Of a DNA stretch of 64,000 nucleotides, positions 1-11,560 are shown one piece after another. Where the stretch lies: NCBI GenBank assembly GCA_951406725.2, contig OX597825.1, positions 51,336,001 to 51,400,000 on the forward strand. Reading direction: 5' to 3'. The stretch's first letter is position 1. The number at the start of each line of letters is the position of its first letter. This DNA comes from Octopus vulgaris. Its lineage: Eukaryota. The notes beneath the pieces are model-generated. The model had not been told where the DNA came from, made no database searches, and saw nothing but the letters and a program-made list of their open reading frames with translations. Both the position numbers and the translations under genes were made by a program.

Positions 1-318
1 GCGTGTGACCGCGCGCGCGACTATGCCTGTTGACACTCCGGGTGTGAAGTTTGTATGTGTTTATGTGCGTGGGAGGATTGCTGTATATGTGTACATGTAC
101 GGTAACGTAGAATAATGGACAGCAGTACCAACGCTGCCGATTATTCGCCAGCCAGACTTTACGTTCACCTATCTCAGTTTAATATTTATGACAGCTATAT
201 CTTTTTCCCTTAAAAAAGGAAACTATTTGCTCCTATCCCACCCCACCCTTTCACTCGGCTCTCTTTCTCTTCATTCTTATCATCTCTATACGACTCTCAC
301 TCCCACATTTTTGACCTC

Positions 319-405
319 ATGCTTCTCTTTTGTACTGCAAAACCATTGTATTTCTTTTTGATGCTATGCTACTGGCCTCGATCTTCCTTTCAATTTATAT
401 CTGTG
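319..405 (+). CDS. Candidate first coding exon with a signal-peptide-like N-terminus (MLLFCTAKPLYFFLMLCYWPRSSFQFISV)
   Basis: ATG at 319, 29 open and mostly hydrophobic codons, then a consensus donor GTG|GTAAGT at 406 (phase 0). In-frame upstream TAA at 211-213. CpG-containing non-repetitive sequence upstream. No homology recognised. Confidence 0.4.
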
Positions 406-591
406 GTAAGTTACCTTGGAAATTTCAAACGACAATTAATTAAGGTAATCGCGGATTGATGACTAACTAAGTTTAGCACTCTTGGTTGTGTAACTATTCC
501 GTCAACGGATCAGCTAGCTAAGAAATGTAGCTTGCATGCGTTCCAATCCCTCAATTGCATGTGTGTGTGAGTGTGCGTGTGTGTGTGCGCG

Positions 592-596
<5 letters not shown>

Positions 597-655
<59 letters not shown>
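597..655. repeat. (TA)n microsatellite preceded by (TG)/(CG) dinucleotides
   Basis: Read directly from the sequence. Confidence 0.95.
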
Positions 656-657
<2 letters not shown>

Positions 658-759
658 GGAGTAAACACATAAATGTGAAACAAGGTGGAAAAAAGAGTAC
701 TCAAATACCAGTGGTAGAGTAATATGCTTTATTTTAAGTAGCAGAAAATTCAACAAAAT

Positions 760-797
760 CTGTTACTCTGAGTTTCTCGTTGCCGTTCATCAGACAG
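760..797 (-). ncRNA. Minimal type-I hammerhead ribozyme motif (core boxes intact)
   Basis: Minus strand: ctgt-CTGATGA-acggcaacga-GAAAC-tcaga-GTA-acag. Stem I ctgt/acag; weak stem II cg(gcaa)cg with an A.A base; self-complementary stem III ACTC-A-GAGT; GUA cleavage triplet. Confidence 0.65.
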
Positions 798-813
798 TTT
801 TTGCTAGCAAAAA

Positions 814-851
814 CTGTCTGATGAACGGCAACGAGAATCTCAGAGTAACAG
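814..851 (+). ncRNA. Mirror hammerhead motif with mutated core (GAATC instead of GAAAC)
   Basis: ctgt-CTGATGA-acggcaacga-GAATC-tcaga-GTA-acag. Confidence 0.55.
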
Positions 852-883
852 ATTTTGTTGAATTTTCTGCTGCTTAAAATAAA

Positions 884-930
<47 letters not shown>

Positions 931-932
<2 letters not shown>

Positions 933-1817
933 AGGTGCCTTGAATAAACTGTCATCTAAAACAAAAATAACACTGACATCTCAATTTTAACAGGTATATT
1001 TGCCACCAAAATTACAAAAAATATCTCGAAATACTAAAGAGTAAATTTTTTTTTCAAAAACATGGCACTTGGCTTCAACCACGGTCTCAAGACGACTTTG
1101 AAATCTTCTGCAACTCTTCTAGGCGGTCTCCTTGTTGATGTTATTGAATGCTACAATAACCCTTGCCTTCGGTTCATCTTTGGTGTTACAAGGAGTTTTG
1201 CTGGCCTCTCGCTCAACTGCACCCCACACATAATTATGAAGGAGGTTGCAGTCTGGGGAGTTAGGTAACCAGATGTTAGGGGTGATATGGTCGCAGAAAT
1301 GGTTCCACAGCTATGACTGCGTTCTCCTGATTGTGTGTCATTGTGCAGGGTCCTGTTGCCAGATATAGGGTCTTCCAGCAGCCACCCTCTTCACATAGGG
1401 CAGCGCTTCATCTTCCAGGCACTTGGCGTAGGCCTCCGTGTTGAGTTTGAGGCCGTGAGGGAAGATGAATGGAGGCATAACGTCGCCATCACTAGTGATC
1501 ACTCCAAAGACCATGATGTTGACCGGATGCTTGATTTTTATCACTCTCGGTACATGTCCTCAGAATGCTTTGCCCTCAAATTGAAACCCATACACTCTAA
1601 AATGTTTGCATCGGAGCTTCCGGTGCGAATGCCATGCAGTACTGCATGTCATTTCGAAACATTTGGCAGAGTGCATTGAGTCATACCTGCTGTTCTTCTC
1701 AGAGACGTTGCCCAACTGACCCTACTATACTGTGTAGTCGACAAGATCAAAAAGCAAACAAAACACATGCAGGAAATTAAAAATATAAAGTGGCGACAAT
1801 TTACTCAACACACTCTG
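931..1817 (-). mobile_element. Internally deleted Tc1/mariner-superfamily transposon (maT/DD37D-like transposase relic)
   Basis: Imperfect TIRs CAAGGTGCCTTGAATAAACTGTC and GACAATTTACTCAACACACTCTG. Minus-strand peptides IMVFGVITSDG..PFIFPHGLKLN..YIWQQD and IWLPNSPDCNLLHNYVWG. Confidence 0.8.
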
Positions 1818-1827
1818 TGTCTGTGTG

Positions 1828-1888
1828 TGTATATATATATATATAGATAGATAGACAGATAGATAATTAGATATATGGACGGACAGAC

Positions 1889-1921
<33 letters not shown>

Positions 1922-1982
1922 TAGATATATAGATAGATAGATAGATAGATATATAGATAGATAGATAGATAGATAGACAGAC

Positions 1983-2047
<65 letters not shown>
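1828..2047. repeat. (TA)n/(TAGA)n compound microsatellite
   Basis: Read directly from the sequence. Confidence 0.95.
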
Positions 2048-2048
<1 letters not shown>

Positions 2049-2508
2049 TGGTAAGCACATTCATGTACATTTGGAATGTCTTCATGAAGACAATGAGGTA
2101 AAGAACAAACTCTATGCACCATAACTGAAGTAGTAATGATATGTTAATGTGTTTCCATCAAAGTAAAGAACACAACTTGCAAGATATAAGCTTAATGACT
2201 TTGAACTTAAAGTCAGTAAGCCACATTGCTTCTATTAAGTATGTCGTTATGAAATATTGCACGTAATGTTAAAATGCTTGCAAACCTGAAAAATTTTCTT
2301 TTGATATTTTACGTCAATAAAAATCAAAATAATTGGTTGAAAAGGAAATGTAATTTCAAATATATTCTCTTGCATGAAAATAGGGTTCTCTAACTTTACC
2401 TGCGTTTTCTATACTTAGCTACATATCACTCTCTCTGCTTCCCCCTGTGATACTCTATATTACTCATTTTTACACACACACACACATATACACACATACA
2501 CACAGCGA

Positions 2509-2571
<63 letters not shown>

Positions 2572-2823
2572 TACACACAAACACACATATACACAGACAT
2601 ATATATATAATATGAGGGTTTAGTTTACTGTTGATCTAAACTAATAGATAAAATGCGTAAGTGCTATAATTGGTCATTCGTTAGGTTTCAAGCTCACGGC
2701 TGAGGCTGGAGCTAGAGACTTGTAGTAGGCTTCCGAGTTAGCAGGTATATATCAAAGGAAAAAGTAATTTAGAATATTTAATTAGAGTAAGGTGAATTGA
2801 AAAAGAGAAGTAAAAGTAATTAA

Positions 2824-2901
2824 TGTCTTACAGTTGTTTCTGGTATATCCCAGGTAATGGCTCAACAACCACATACACTGGGTATTTCATCATCAGAGAC
2901 A
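2824..2901 (-). ncRNA. Type-I hammerhead ribozyme motif, core intact, long stem II
   Basis: Minus strand: tgtct-CTGATGA-tgaaatacccag..ctgggatatacca-GAAAC-aact-GTA-agaca. Perfect 5-bp stem I tgtct/agaca. Confidence 0.75.
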
Positions 2902-3160
2902 AGGTATGTATGCAGGAAAGTTCCAGACAGAGAATTCACAGTAGACAGAAGAATAAAAGAGTAGATAAAAGAATAAATACAGAAGAATAAACTTCATAGT
3001 TCATCTTGTTCCGGAGGGTTTGGAGTAAGTATAATCCCACATAAAACCAGGCAGTAGTTTGAGCGATGCATTCAGATTGAAGTATTTATTCTTCTATCTA
3101 TAATCTTCTATCTACTGTTTAATTCTTCCATATACTGTGAGCTTTCCTGCATACACACCT

Positions 3161-3238
3161 TGTCTCTGATGACGGAATAGCCAGTGTACGAGAGCGTTGA
3201 CTCATTACCTGGGATATCTCAGAAAGAGCTATAAGACA
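3161..3238 (+). ncRNA. Degenerate mirror hammerhead motif
   Basis: tgtct-CTGATGA-cggaatagccag..ctgggatatctca-GAAAG-agct-ATA-agaca. Two stem III/cleavage-site substitutions; palindromic AGCT loop retained. Confidence 0.6.
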
Positions 3239-3514
3239 TTGATTACTTCTACTAAGCCTGGCTCGCTGAACATTCGTAAAGAAATATGTACATAATGTGT
3301 CCTCTTAAGCGCTACCTCCTACAAAATTGGGACTCTACGTCCGCTGATTAAGCTCGTAAGTGACCTTACAAAATAGATCCCCACTTCCAATTAATTGATG
3401 GTTCAGTGTAGACAACCCGTCCTCATTGTTTTTCTCTGATAGCTGTTTCACCAATTGACCTTAGCATTTCTTCGCCTCCCCGCGAAGGGAAGAGTTAATG
3501 TTATCCTTGTATGG

Positions 3515-4010
3515 AGTCTGAGCAGGAATGGGAGAAAAACTAACAACCAAATTGAATAGACGAATTTTGAGGTGGCTTGGCCACGTGGAGTGGGTGGATG
3601 AAGAGCGGATGGTAAGGAGGGTGATGAAGGCTTGAGTGGTAGGCAGCAGGACTAGAGGCAGACCTCGGTTTGTGTGGATGGATGGAGTGAGGAAAGCTTT
3701 GGTGGTTAGAGGTGTTAGAGTGAGAGAGGCAAGAGAATTTATAAATGATAGGAAAACTTGGAGAGTGTTTGCGGACAGATGAGTGAATTTTGATGTTGCT
3801 AAAATGGATACGGAACCAGCAAGATGCGGCAGGGGTAAACTAGTATATGCTGTCGGGCCCCACTGCTAATGTTGGGGGTTGCGTTTTATGCCTTGACTCG
3901 AACATAGAACGGGGCTCGCCCCTTTGAGCTGGAAAATGAATGGAATACCTGATGTGTCATGTTTTGGCTAACTCCTCCTGAAAAATGGGGAATAGCCCTG
4001 GGTATACACA
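3515..4010 (+). mobile_element. RTE-clade LINE 3' fragment (ORF C-terminus plus 3' UTR)
   Basis: Translates as RILRWLGHVEWVDEERMVRRVMKA*VVGSRTRGRPRFVWMDGVRKAL..DRKTWR, matching the LRWxGHVxR / RxRGRPR / DRxxWR C-terminal signature of RTE elements. Confidence 0.85.
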
Positions 4011-4210
4011 GTAGGAAATTTTTTCAGTGAACAGGTCATGGTCTCAAAGCGAAGAAAATATTTTGACAAATTAAATTTAAATGTTGAAGTGTAACTAACG
4101 GATGTTGTGTGTTTTTAAATAGCTTATAAACACCTTCCACGCTGCAATTGCTTTCGTTCCAGCACACGATCTCAGATCAGATCCCATGCTATGCAAGTAC
4201 ATCTCCGTAA

Positions 4211-4230
4211 TACATACATACATACATACA

Positions 4231-4318
<88 letters not shown>

Positions 4319-4425
4319 TATATATATATATATGTATATATATATTCATATATATTTTTATATATTCATAAATATACATATATATGCACCTATACATATA
4401 TATATATAAACATATGTACATATAT
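4211..4425. repeat. (TACA)n/(TA)n compound microsatellite
   Basis: Read directly from the sequence. Confidence 0.95.
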
Positions 4426-5289
4426 ACCTGTCTGTGAGTACTATATTCTTACCGGCATCTCTAGTTATTTCTGCAGTTGCCAATTTCTAGTTTACACACA
4501 TTAATACGCACAGAGACACACACAAAGGCAGACTATTGCTGTTTTCTCTTAATGAAAGAAGCGATGTACTAAAAACGATGGCCGGCGTTTTAAGTAGCAC
4601 CATTCTGAATATATTTACTTTCGATTCCTCACATTCAGCGACAGCTTATATTTCATTAATATACCAAATGCTGTTCCGTATTAGAACGAACATTATATTG
4701 AAAAACATCATTTCTATATAAATTTAAATACGTCAGATTCATAAGAGAAACCAAGGAAGCAGTCTGCAACATTTCTCGGTTAATTACAATTGAACGTCTT
4801 AGAGTTTAACACATTTAAGAAAATTAAATGATATATGAGGGTATGAAGAAGCTTCGAATTTGTTTTAGAGCTTAATTATATAGCAACCAAATCTCCTTCA
4901 GCCCACATCCGGCAAACGGAAGCATTGTACATTGTATCGTTACACTGTATCTCTGAAGAAAAGGACTGGTAACTTACAGCTGGAATGTTTTTCTTATGAT
5001 TGTCAGAATGTGCACGTCTGAGGCCAAACAGACTCTAGAAAAGACATAAATAGATATATTCCCTGTAATACTTGCATATTTTATGCGGTTTAACTGAGTT
5101 GATTCAAATAAAACATCCTTCTATCTTGTATGAGTGTGTGCTGAGACGTTCTTCACTTCTCACTGAGAATTTTTGCCTCAATCCCTTTAGTGAATTATCG
5201 AAGGAACCGAAAGTTTAAAAAAAACCCTCCTTATATTCTATATTTTGCCAATTCAGTTTAAAAATTCTAAGAAATTGTGTTCTTTATAC

Positions 5290-5324
5290 TGTTGCTAGAA
5301 AGTTAATAGAACTTTCTAGCAACA
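5290..5324. repeat. Perfect 15-bp inverted repeat with 5-nt loop
   Basis: TGTTGCTAGAAAGTT-aatag-AACTTTCTAGCAACA. Confidence 0.9.
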
Positions 5325-6149
5325 ATTAATTACTGACTTCACCGAATCCACCGGATATATACCTAAAGTAGATTTACCAAGACAACTGCTGCCTAATTGA
5401 CAAATGTTCTCTTTTGTAAAACTAATAACACCGAAATGATGAATATTCTTTCAATTTTCATTCTATCATCCTTACTGCTACTACTACTGTTACTGTTTCT
5501 TTTGCTGACAATACTGCTGCTGCTGATGATGATGCTACTGCTTCTGTTAGTGCTTCGACTTTCTGTTGCCATACGGTACATCTATCTTCTTTCTTTCATT
5601 CTTTCTTTCTCTTATATCATTATCTCCCTTTTTGTTCATTTTGGGTACCAGCAGAAAATAGTGTTGTCCAGAATTTTACCATATCAGTTTTACAAACGGG
5701 CGGCAAGCGCATATATTCCACTTTTGCAGTGTTTATGTAAAACGGATGGCTGTTTATAACTTGATACGTTCACCTCTACATCTGAAACTTTATATACAAT
5801 ACTCCATATGGCAACCGTATTTTTGTACCGGATTCTCCATAAATTTTCTTTTCTTTTTGTTTTTCGATTTCTTACGTCACTCCCTAAAACACCATCAATG
5901 CTTTTGGCTAAAACCTTGACTATATAAACTCTAATCCCAGGCAGTCCCAACTAACCCTTATTGTATCTCTCTTCTATGCTATGAATGTCAAGAAATTAAA
6001 AATTAGCCGAATAAACACGTTGTTCTTAACATAACCCCTCTTTTATGGGGTTATGTTGAAAAGATGACATTATTTACAGCTGAACAATTTTCATGTCTTC
6101 AATAACTGAACAATTGACATACATCGAAATATATTTTGATATATGTCAA

Positions 6150-6338
6150 CCAGCGGGTTTGGGGGATGGGTAAGTTGATTTCATCGACCCTAAGTGTTCA
6201 GCAGGTATTTATGTTATTGGTCCCCAGAGGATGAAAGGCAAAGTCTACCTCAGTGGAATTTGAACGCAGAACATAAAGACAGGCGAAACGCTGCATTTTG
6301 CCCGTCGTTCTGAAGATTGTGGTAGCTCGCCACCTTAA
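6150..6338 (-). mobile_element. tRNA-derived SINE, family A (core GACTTTGCCTTTCATCC..GGGGTCGAT..AGTACC)
   Basis: Reverse-complement match to the copies at 19415 and 25769; B-box-like GTTCAAATTCC. Confidence 0.8.
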
Positions 6339-6660
6339 CATTCATCGAAATATATTAACTCTTTCAGCTCTCTGACCGGCAAACTAGCGTGAAAACTAGA
6401 AACCGTCAACCAAATGATTTAAACGAATGCTATATGCTATGCAATCAACAAATTACAGATTTCCAAAAAGGGTAAGAGGGAGAGAGGCCTCATGTCAGAA
6501 TGTTGCCAGTCAAAAACTTACAAGATGCATACTTTAACCCACTAATAATGTATTTCCTATATTACATTTCTTTGGGTACCAGCGGCTTCAGAATAATCTC
6601 TTTGTGTACACAGCTATTCTAGCCTGTCTATTCGTCAAAAGTACACATTTACAGAGAAAT

Positions 6661-6877
6661 GTATAGAGTGTGAAAAATCCTGGCTTTGGGTAAAAGAAAA
6701 TACGGGAGGGTCAGTTAATTATGATTTTATTTAACATATTCCCCTCTCAGATTCACATATTTATTGCCGCCATTCTTCACTTTTTCTAAGACTAGTGAAA
6801 GAGCGCAAAAATTTGGATCTGCATCTAGACCTTTCGCGAAACCCTTAAAACCAAGAAATTTTCAACACCACCTTGTA
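6661..6877. mobile_element. Mariner-derived MITE
   Basis: Degenerate TIRs GTGTGAAAAATCCTGGCTTT and AAAACCAAGAAATTTTCAACACCACCTTG-TA. Confidence 0.6.
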
Positions 6878-7249
6878 GATAAAGGCACATACAAGTATAA
6901 CTGGATTTAGAAGTTAAAGTTATATAGACATTTTATTCTGAAGCTGTTTAATTACGACTCTTCTGTTCCACTGATTGACCAAATGTTACTCCATAATATG
7001 ACAAATAATATGTTCTAAAGCATCATTACTATGAAGCACAAACATGGCTTCTATGAATAATCAGTCAACAGAATTCACCATTTGAAGACTAAATTAGAGA
7101 TTGAAGAAATAAAAATATACGACAAATATAAATGCTAAGCAATGAAAAAGCCTCTAAGATGCCAATCTACCTGCTGGAGTTAGTACACACTCATTAAGAA
7201 AAAAAAAAGACAAAAGAAAATTACACACACCTGCAATTCTGTTTGAATT

Positions 7250-7880
7250 TCATCTACTATCACGAAAGCGTATCGCTTGAGAAAAAAATGATGTAGTTGG
7301 TGTAACTCTGAAGCAAATGCTGTTGCTTCTTATCGAGTGCCAACAGTCACAAGTCAGAGCCCACAACAACGCAAAATATTTTTCAGATTTTACGTGCGAT
7401 TTTGGGAGAACCCATCCGTAACCGTATGCAATCCCAAGAGAAAACTAATGGATTTCTCATGACAGATCTCATTTATGAGTTCACAAATTGATTTAATATG
7501 GTTGGAAATGATTGTTGAGGATGCTCAAATGCGCATCATTTAAACCGACCCTTAACCATCTATGAAAATTATGTGCTGTCGAAAATATATGTTCTACGGA
7601 TAAAATGTTTTTAAAAATCTTCACGAAGCATTTTGAAGGTCTCAGTAGCAGAGCTGCGTGCATCCTGTAAAACATAAGAGAAACATACCGCTCGAATCAT
7701 CGTTAACATCGCAGAACCGTTCTAATATAAAATTACAAATTGAATATGATTACGCTGCATGAAACTTATAGGTAGACTGACTCTATAGAGTATCAACGCT
7801 CAACAACCGTGCACGTATTTTCGTTAAGCCGGACAATCGCAGTCCGTGCATTTAAGGAAATTCTCTGATAAGTCTTCATA
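7250..7880 (-). mobile_element. Degenerate mariner relic (N-terminal HTH region)
   Basis: Minus strand ATETFKMLREDF at about 7650-7615; TIR-like TATGAAGACTTATCAGAGAAT at the right end. Boundaries approximate. Confidence 0.5.
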
Positions 7881-10872
7881 TTTTTGTCTCTGGACGCATT
7901 TTGTTACAATATAACGTGTACTTATAATGAAGTATTTCAGATTTATAATTATTTCCTAAAACAAGAATTATTTCTCTTTTAACATGCTACTTCAGATAAC
8001 AGTATAAAATGATAGTAGGCGATTTTATAGAAAATTTAATTGGATTTAAATGCGTCAGTCTGATATCATTATCAAAAATCATGACGTTTAATTTCTTTTC
8101 AAGTAACGAATTAAATTGTGTAATCTGAGTGGAAAAAGGCAATTATTATTTATGATATAACTAGTTTTGCTTTATTCTGATCATGGTGATAAAAAACAGA
8201 AATAATAATTGAGGATGTTTCAATGTCAACGAGACAATTGCAGCTGAAAACTGGAGTTTACTGAAGTGACAGTGAGAAACTGTTCTATAAAAAGATGATG
8301 CCTTGTCATTTTCAGCCACAATGACGCTTCTACCTTCCCTCTACAAATACCATTTAAATGGAAACATTGACAGCAGTGGATCTCCATTGCCCTAAGATAA
8401 GGATGCAATTGTTTGATAAACTGAATAACCTTCCTGCTCTTAAATTATTGTGTAAGTTGCTGAACGTTCAACAATTATGTGTACTCTTAACATTATTCTC
8501 TGGTAGACCAGCATGACTGTGTGTAACGTAGCTTTAACTTTTCAGTGAAAGATACAATCCACCCAAAGGCTTCTATATAGTTTCCGTTTATCCATCTTCA
8601 CTCATAAAGCATGGATCGACCTGGCATTATAATAAATGATACCTTCTAAAAGCCACGAGAAGAGGTTATCAAGTAAACAATCACTTGATCATTGCTTTTC
8701 TTTCGAATTTCAGTGAATTTAAAAAAGCTATGTTAATAGAAATGTTCACGACGCTGTCTCATATTGTTCAACTGTTATATTCAAATGCATTTATTCAGAT
8801 GTATTTTATCACTATATAAATATTGAATGAGTGACCATCATTCAATGTAAATGATATTTACAGGATGAACTCAAGTAAGAATATTATTCTACCAAATTAT
8901 TTTTGATAGCTCTCATTTTCATCAGATATGTCATTATTTTAGTTATTCCTGCTTTTATTGTTGTTGCTGTGGATTATCTACAAGTGAAGCAGACTTATGG
9001 CCAAAAACATTCCAGCCTTGACCATCCTGCCTTTTTATGTATCTTGAATTGCATTGTCCAACGTGTTCTTTCTGATGTAAGACAGCTGGGTTGATATCTG
9101 AAGGAAAATAGCTACTATATATTGTGTATCATGCGAGAAGACAGAACTTCTTCTTCGGTTCACTCTCTGACTTACCTGAGGCAATGGTACACATATAACG
9201 TGTAGCTGTGTGGTATATGTTGACGACCAAACATACTGAGTAGCTGAAGCATAAGTGACTTTGAGGAGTATAGTAGTGAGAAATTTAACACTAATCTCAA
9301 TATCGTGATTAAACATTCCATTGACTTAACAAAGTGAATAATGGTTTGAATTACTCAATATCACACTGATTGTGAATCCATACCAAATGAAACATATTTA
9401 TTAATAAGATCGTATTAAGCAAATATATTTCACTTGTACGTTATGTCATAGACAACCCCGTCTAAGTTAGTAACGAGATGTATTTATAAAATATGTATAA
9501 CATATTTCAAGGAAATTTCTCATCGCATGTTAGTGTGGCTTCTTCCTTTCTCTTTATTCGATATTTCAAGGAAGCTTAGTAATGTCTATTGAAAATAACT
9601 TTATAATTCACGTTTCATACCTGAAAATGATACATTTCTTTTTTTTTTTTTTCCTTTCTGTTTCTCTCTTAATTATATATTCTATTCAAAATGAAACAAT
9701 ATGCTGAAAATTAATTATATTTCTTTAGGCTAAGAATATAATAAGTAGTAAGTTCTTAAGAAAATTTTCGAAATATAGTTAGACAGATGTAAACTATTTC
9801 AAAGTTGCGGCAAGAAGCAAGCATGCATTATATTCAACAGACAATATGCATTTCAGATGATCTAACCATAATCTCTCTATATTTTCTAATATCTATTAAG
9901 ACGGTAATTATGGCGTAATATAATTGTACAAATATCACACAGCACATCTATCTGTTTGTATTAACGTGAAAAATCAGAAATATCTAGTTTATTCTCTGTT
10001 AGGAATTTGAGGATACCAAAGGCCGCAAACAACAACTGTTTGCCGATATTGTATAGTTCTGCCAACTGTATCGCTTTAAGAAGCAATACACAAATATTAA
10101 TTTTCACTGATAGAGTACATTCAGTTTTAAATAGATACCATAGTTAGGTAAAGTAATACGTAATGGGACGGCTGTATAATTGAAGTCAATTCATTAACTC
10201 TTGGACATGCTGAGTTCACCTCTTTGTAACGTTATAATTTGTGTGAACTGTATAAAATTATAAGTGGCTTCAATTTTAATTATCCTCCAAGATATGTAGA
10301 CACCGAAGGAATATCTAGAATGGAAACCTATACACGATCCATAACTTGTATAATAGAAAGCCATGAGAATGTAGCAACAAAAACAATTTCATAAACAAAA
10401 ATGACAAAATACGCGAAAGCAACATCCATTTAAATTTGAAACAGGCAGAACGATAGACAAATGAAAGACAGGCTAACATAGTAATCTTCAAAGTAGTAAA
10501 CGAATCTCCGGAAATAGACTGGACAATGTAGTTCTAGATACACAATGACAGAAATGTTTAAAAATGGAAGAACTTTGATGCATTATGTAGCAAACCAGTG
10601 TGAGATTGTGACACACCAAAATGAAAGATGACTACTATATCTATTATCAGCATCTGGCGGTAGGGGGACAATCGTAAATCACAATGATTTTGGTACTTGG
10701 CGAACGAATGAGGAATGTGGTTTTCCTCATCTTTGTTAAGTTTTCAGAGAAATAATTTTCTTAGTTCTGGATAACATATTTGTTGTGGGTAAAGAGGATT
10801 TGCGAAGGATATCGTCGAGTATCTCCGAGAGCATGGAGAATGTGTCCCAGTGTCTGGCAACTTTGAGAGATA

Positions 10873-11225
10873 TACGAGGTCTGATCAATAAGTATCCGGA
10901 CTTTTGACACAGTAACAAAGCTAAAGCACACAGAGTAAAGTCGTTTGGTACAGACCAAAAAGACATTCGGGTTTCAGTTGTATAAAATCACCTTGATTGT
11001 GTGAAGAACGATGAAAACATTTTGAAAACTGCGTAAGCCTCTGAACAGGTATCGCCAAGCTTTTGCAAAAATTTGATGCAGATTCTCTGATCAACTTTCT
11101 CTGTCATGCTCAAATGCGACGATTACACGCTACACACCTTCTTTCCAAGCACTGTTGTAAATAGCTAAAGTGAGCGAGGAGTCAAAACTTTGCTCATACA
11201 CAACAGATGTTGCGAACATGCAGGT
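10873..11225. mobile_element. Mariner-derived non-autonomous element, one TIR visible
   Basis: TA-CGAGGTCTGATCAATAAGTATCCGGACT mariner-type TIR at the left end. Confidence 0.6.
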
Positions 11226-11229
11226 GATG

Positions 11230-11560
11230 TTATTGCTTTTCTCATGTGCGTTTCCGGTGCTTACTACTGATGTTGAATCGATTTCGTCTGCTTCTCCTGC
11301 TGGTGCCGTTTTGGATTTGGATGCTGCTACTCTTGACAGTAATGTTGTTGGTGGTGCTGATGTTGCTTTTGGTGCTGTTGCTTTGATGGAGGTATCTGCA
11401 GCAGCGCGGAAGGATTTCGTTTCCTTTGCATGGGGTAAAGAAAATTGGTTTGACATCCCACACATGTATCATCTCAGCATTCTGCTCTCCACTGCCACGA
11501 ATAGCTGTGTTGTATTTAGAACGGGGATTAGGACAGGGATAGTGTCCATATTTCTCTAAT
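11230..11560 (-). pseudogene. Decayed LINE ORF1/gag-like fragment (broken zinc knuckle followed by an A/T/P/S-rich linker)
   Basis: Frame reads TQLFVAVESRMLR*YMCGMSNQFSLPH-AKETKSFRAAADTS.., resembling VEGR..RCYxCGxxxHxxxxC. Confidence 0.4.

Larger units (their letters stand above)
722..889. mobile_element. 168-bp loopless palindrome carrying two back-to-back hammerhead-like motifs (inverted PLE pseudo-LTR / retrozyme-like element)
   Basis: Dyad centre TTGCT|AGCAA at 805/806; only 3 mismatches (726/885, 739/872, 773/838). Confidence 0.85.
2809..3253. mobile_element. ~445-bp fold-back element (arms ~2809-2996 and ~3077-3253) with a hammerhead motif in each arm
   Basis: AGTAAAAGTAATTAATGTCTTACAG.. 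is the reverse complement of ..CTATAAGACATTGATTACTTCTACT, and CATCAGAGACAAGGTATGTATGCAGGAAAG of CTTTCCTGCATACACACCTTGTCTCTGATG. Spacer about 80 bp. Confidence 0.8.

Noticed and set aside
5393-5759. 120-aa Leu-rich membrane-like ORF
   Set aside because: Arises from a degenerate CTN/TGN trinucleotide tract; non-ATG start and no splice support.
9170-9245. Minus-strand CAG|GTAAGT donor with an upstream acceptor
   Set aside because: No recognisable peptide and no partner exons.
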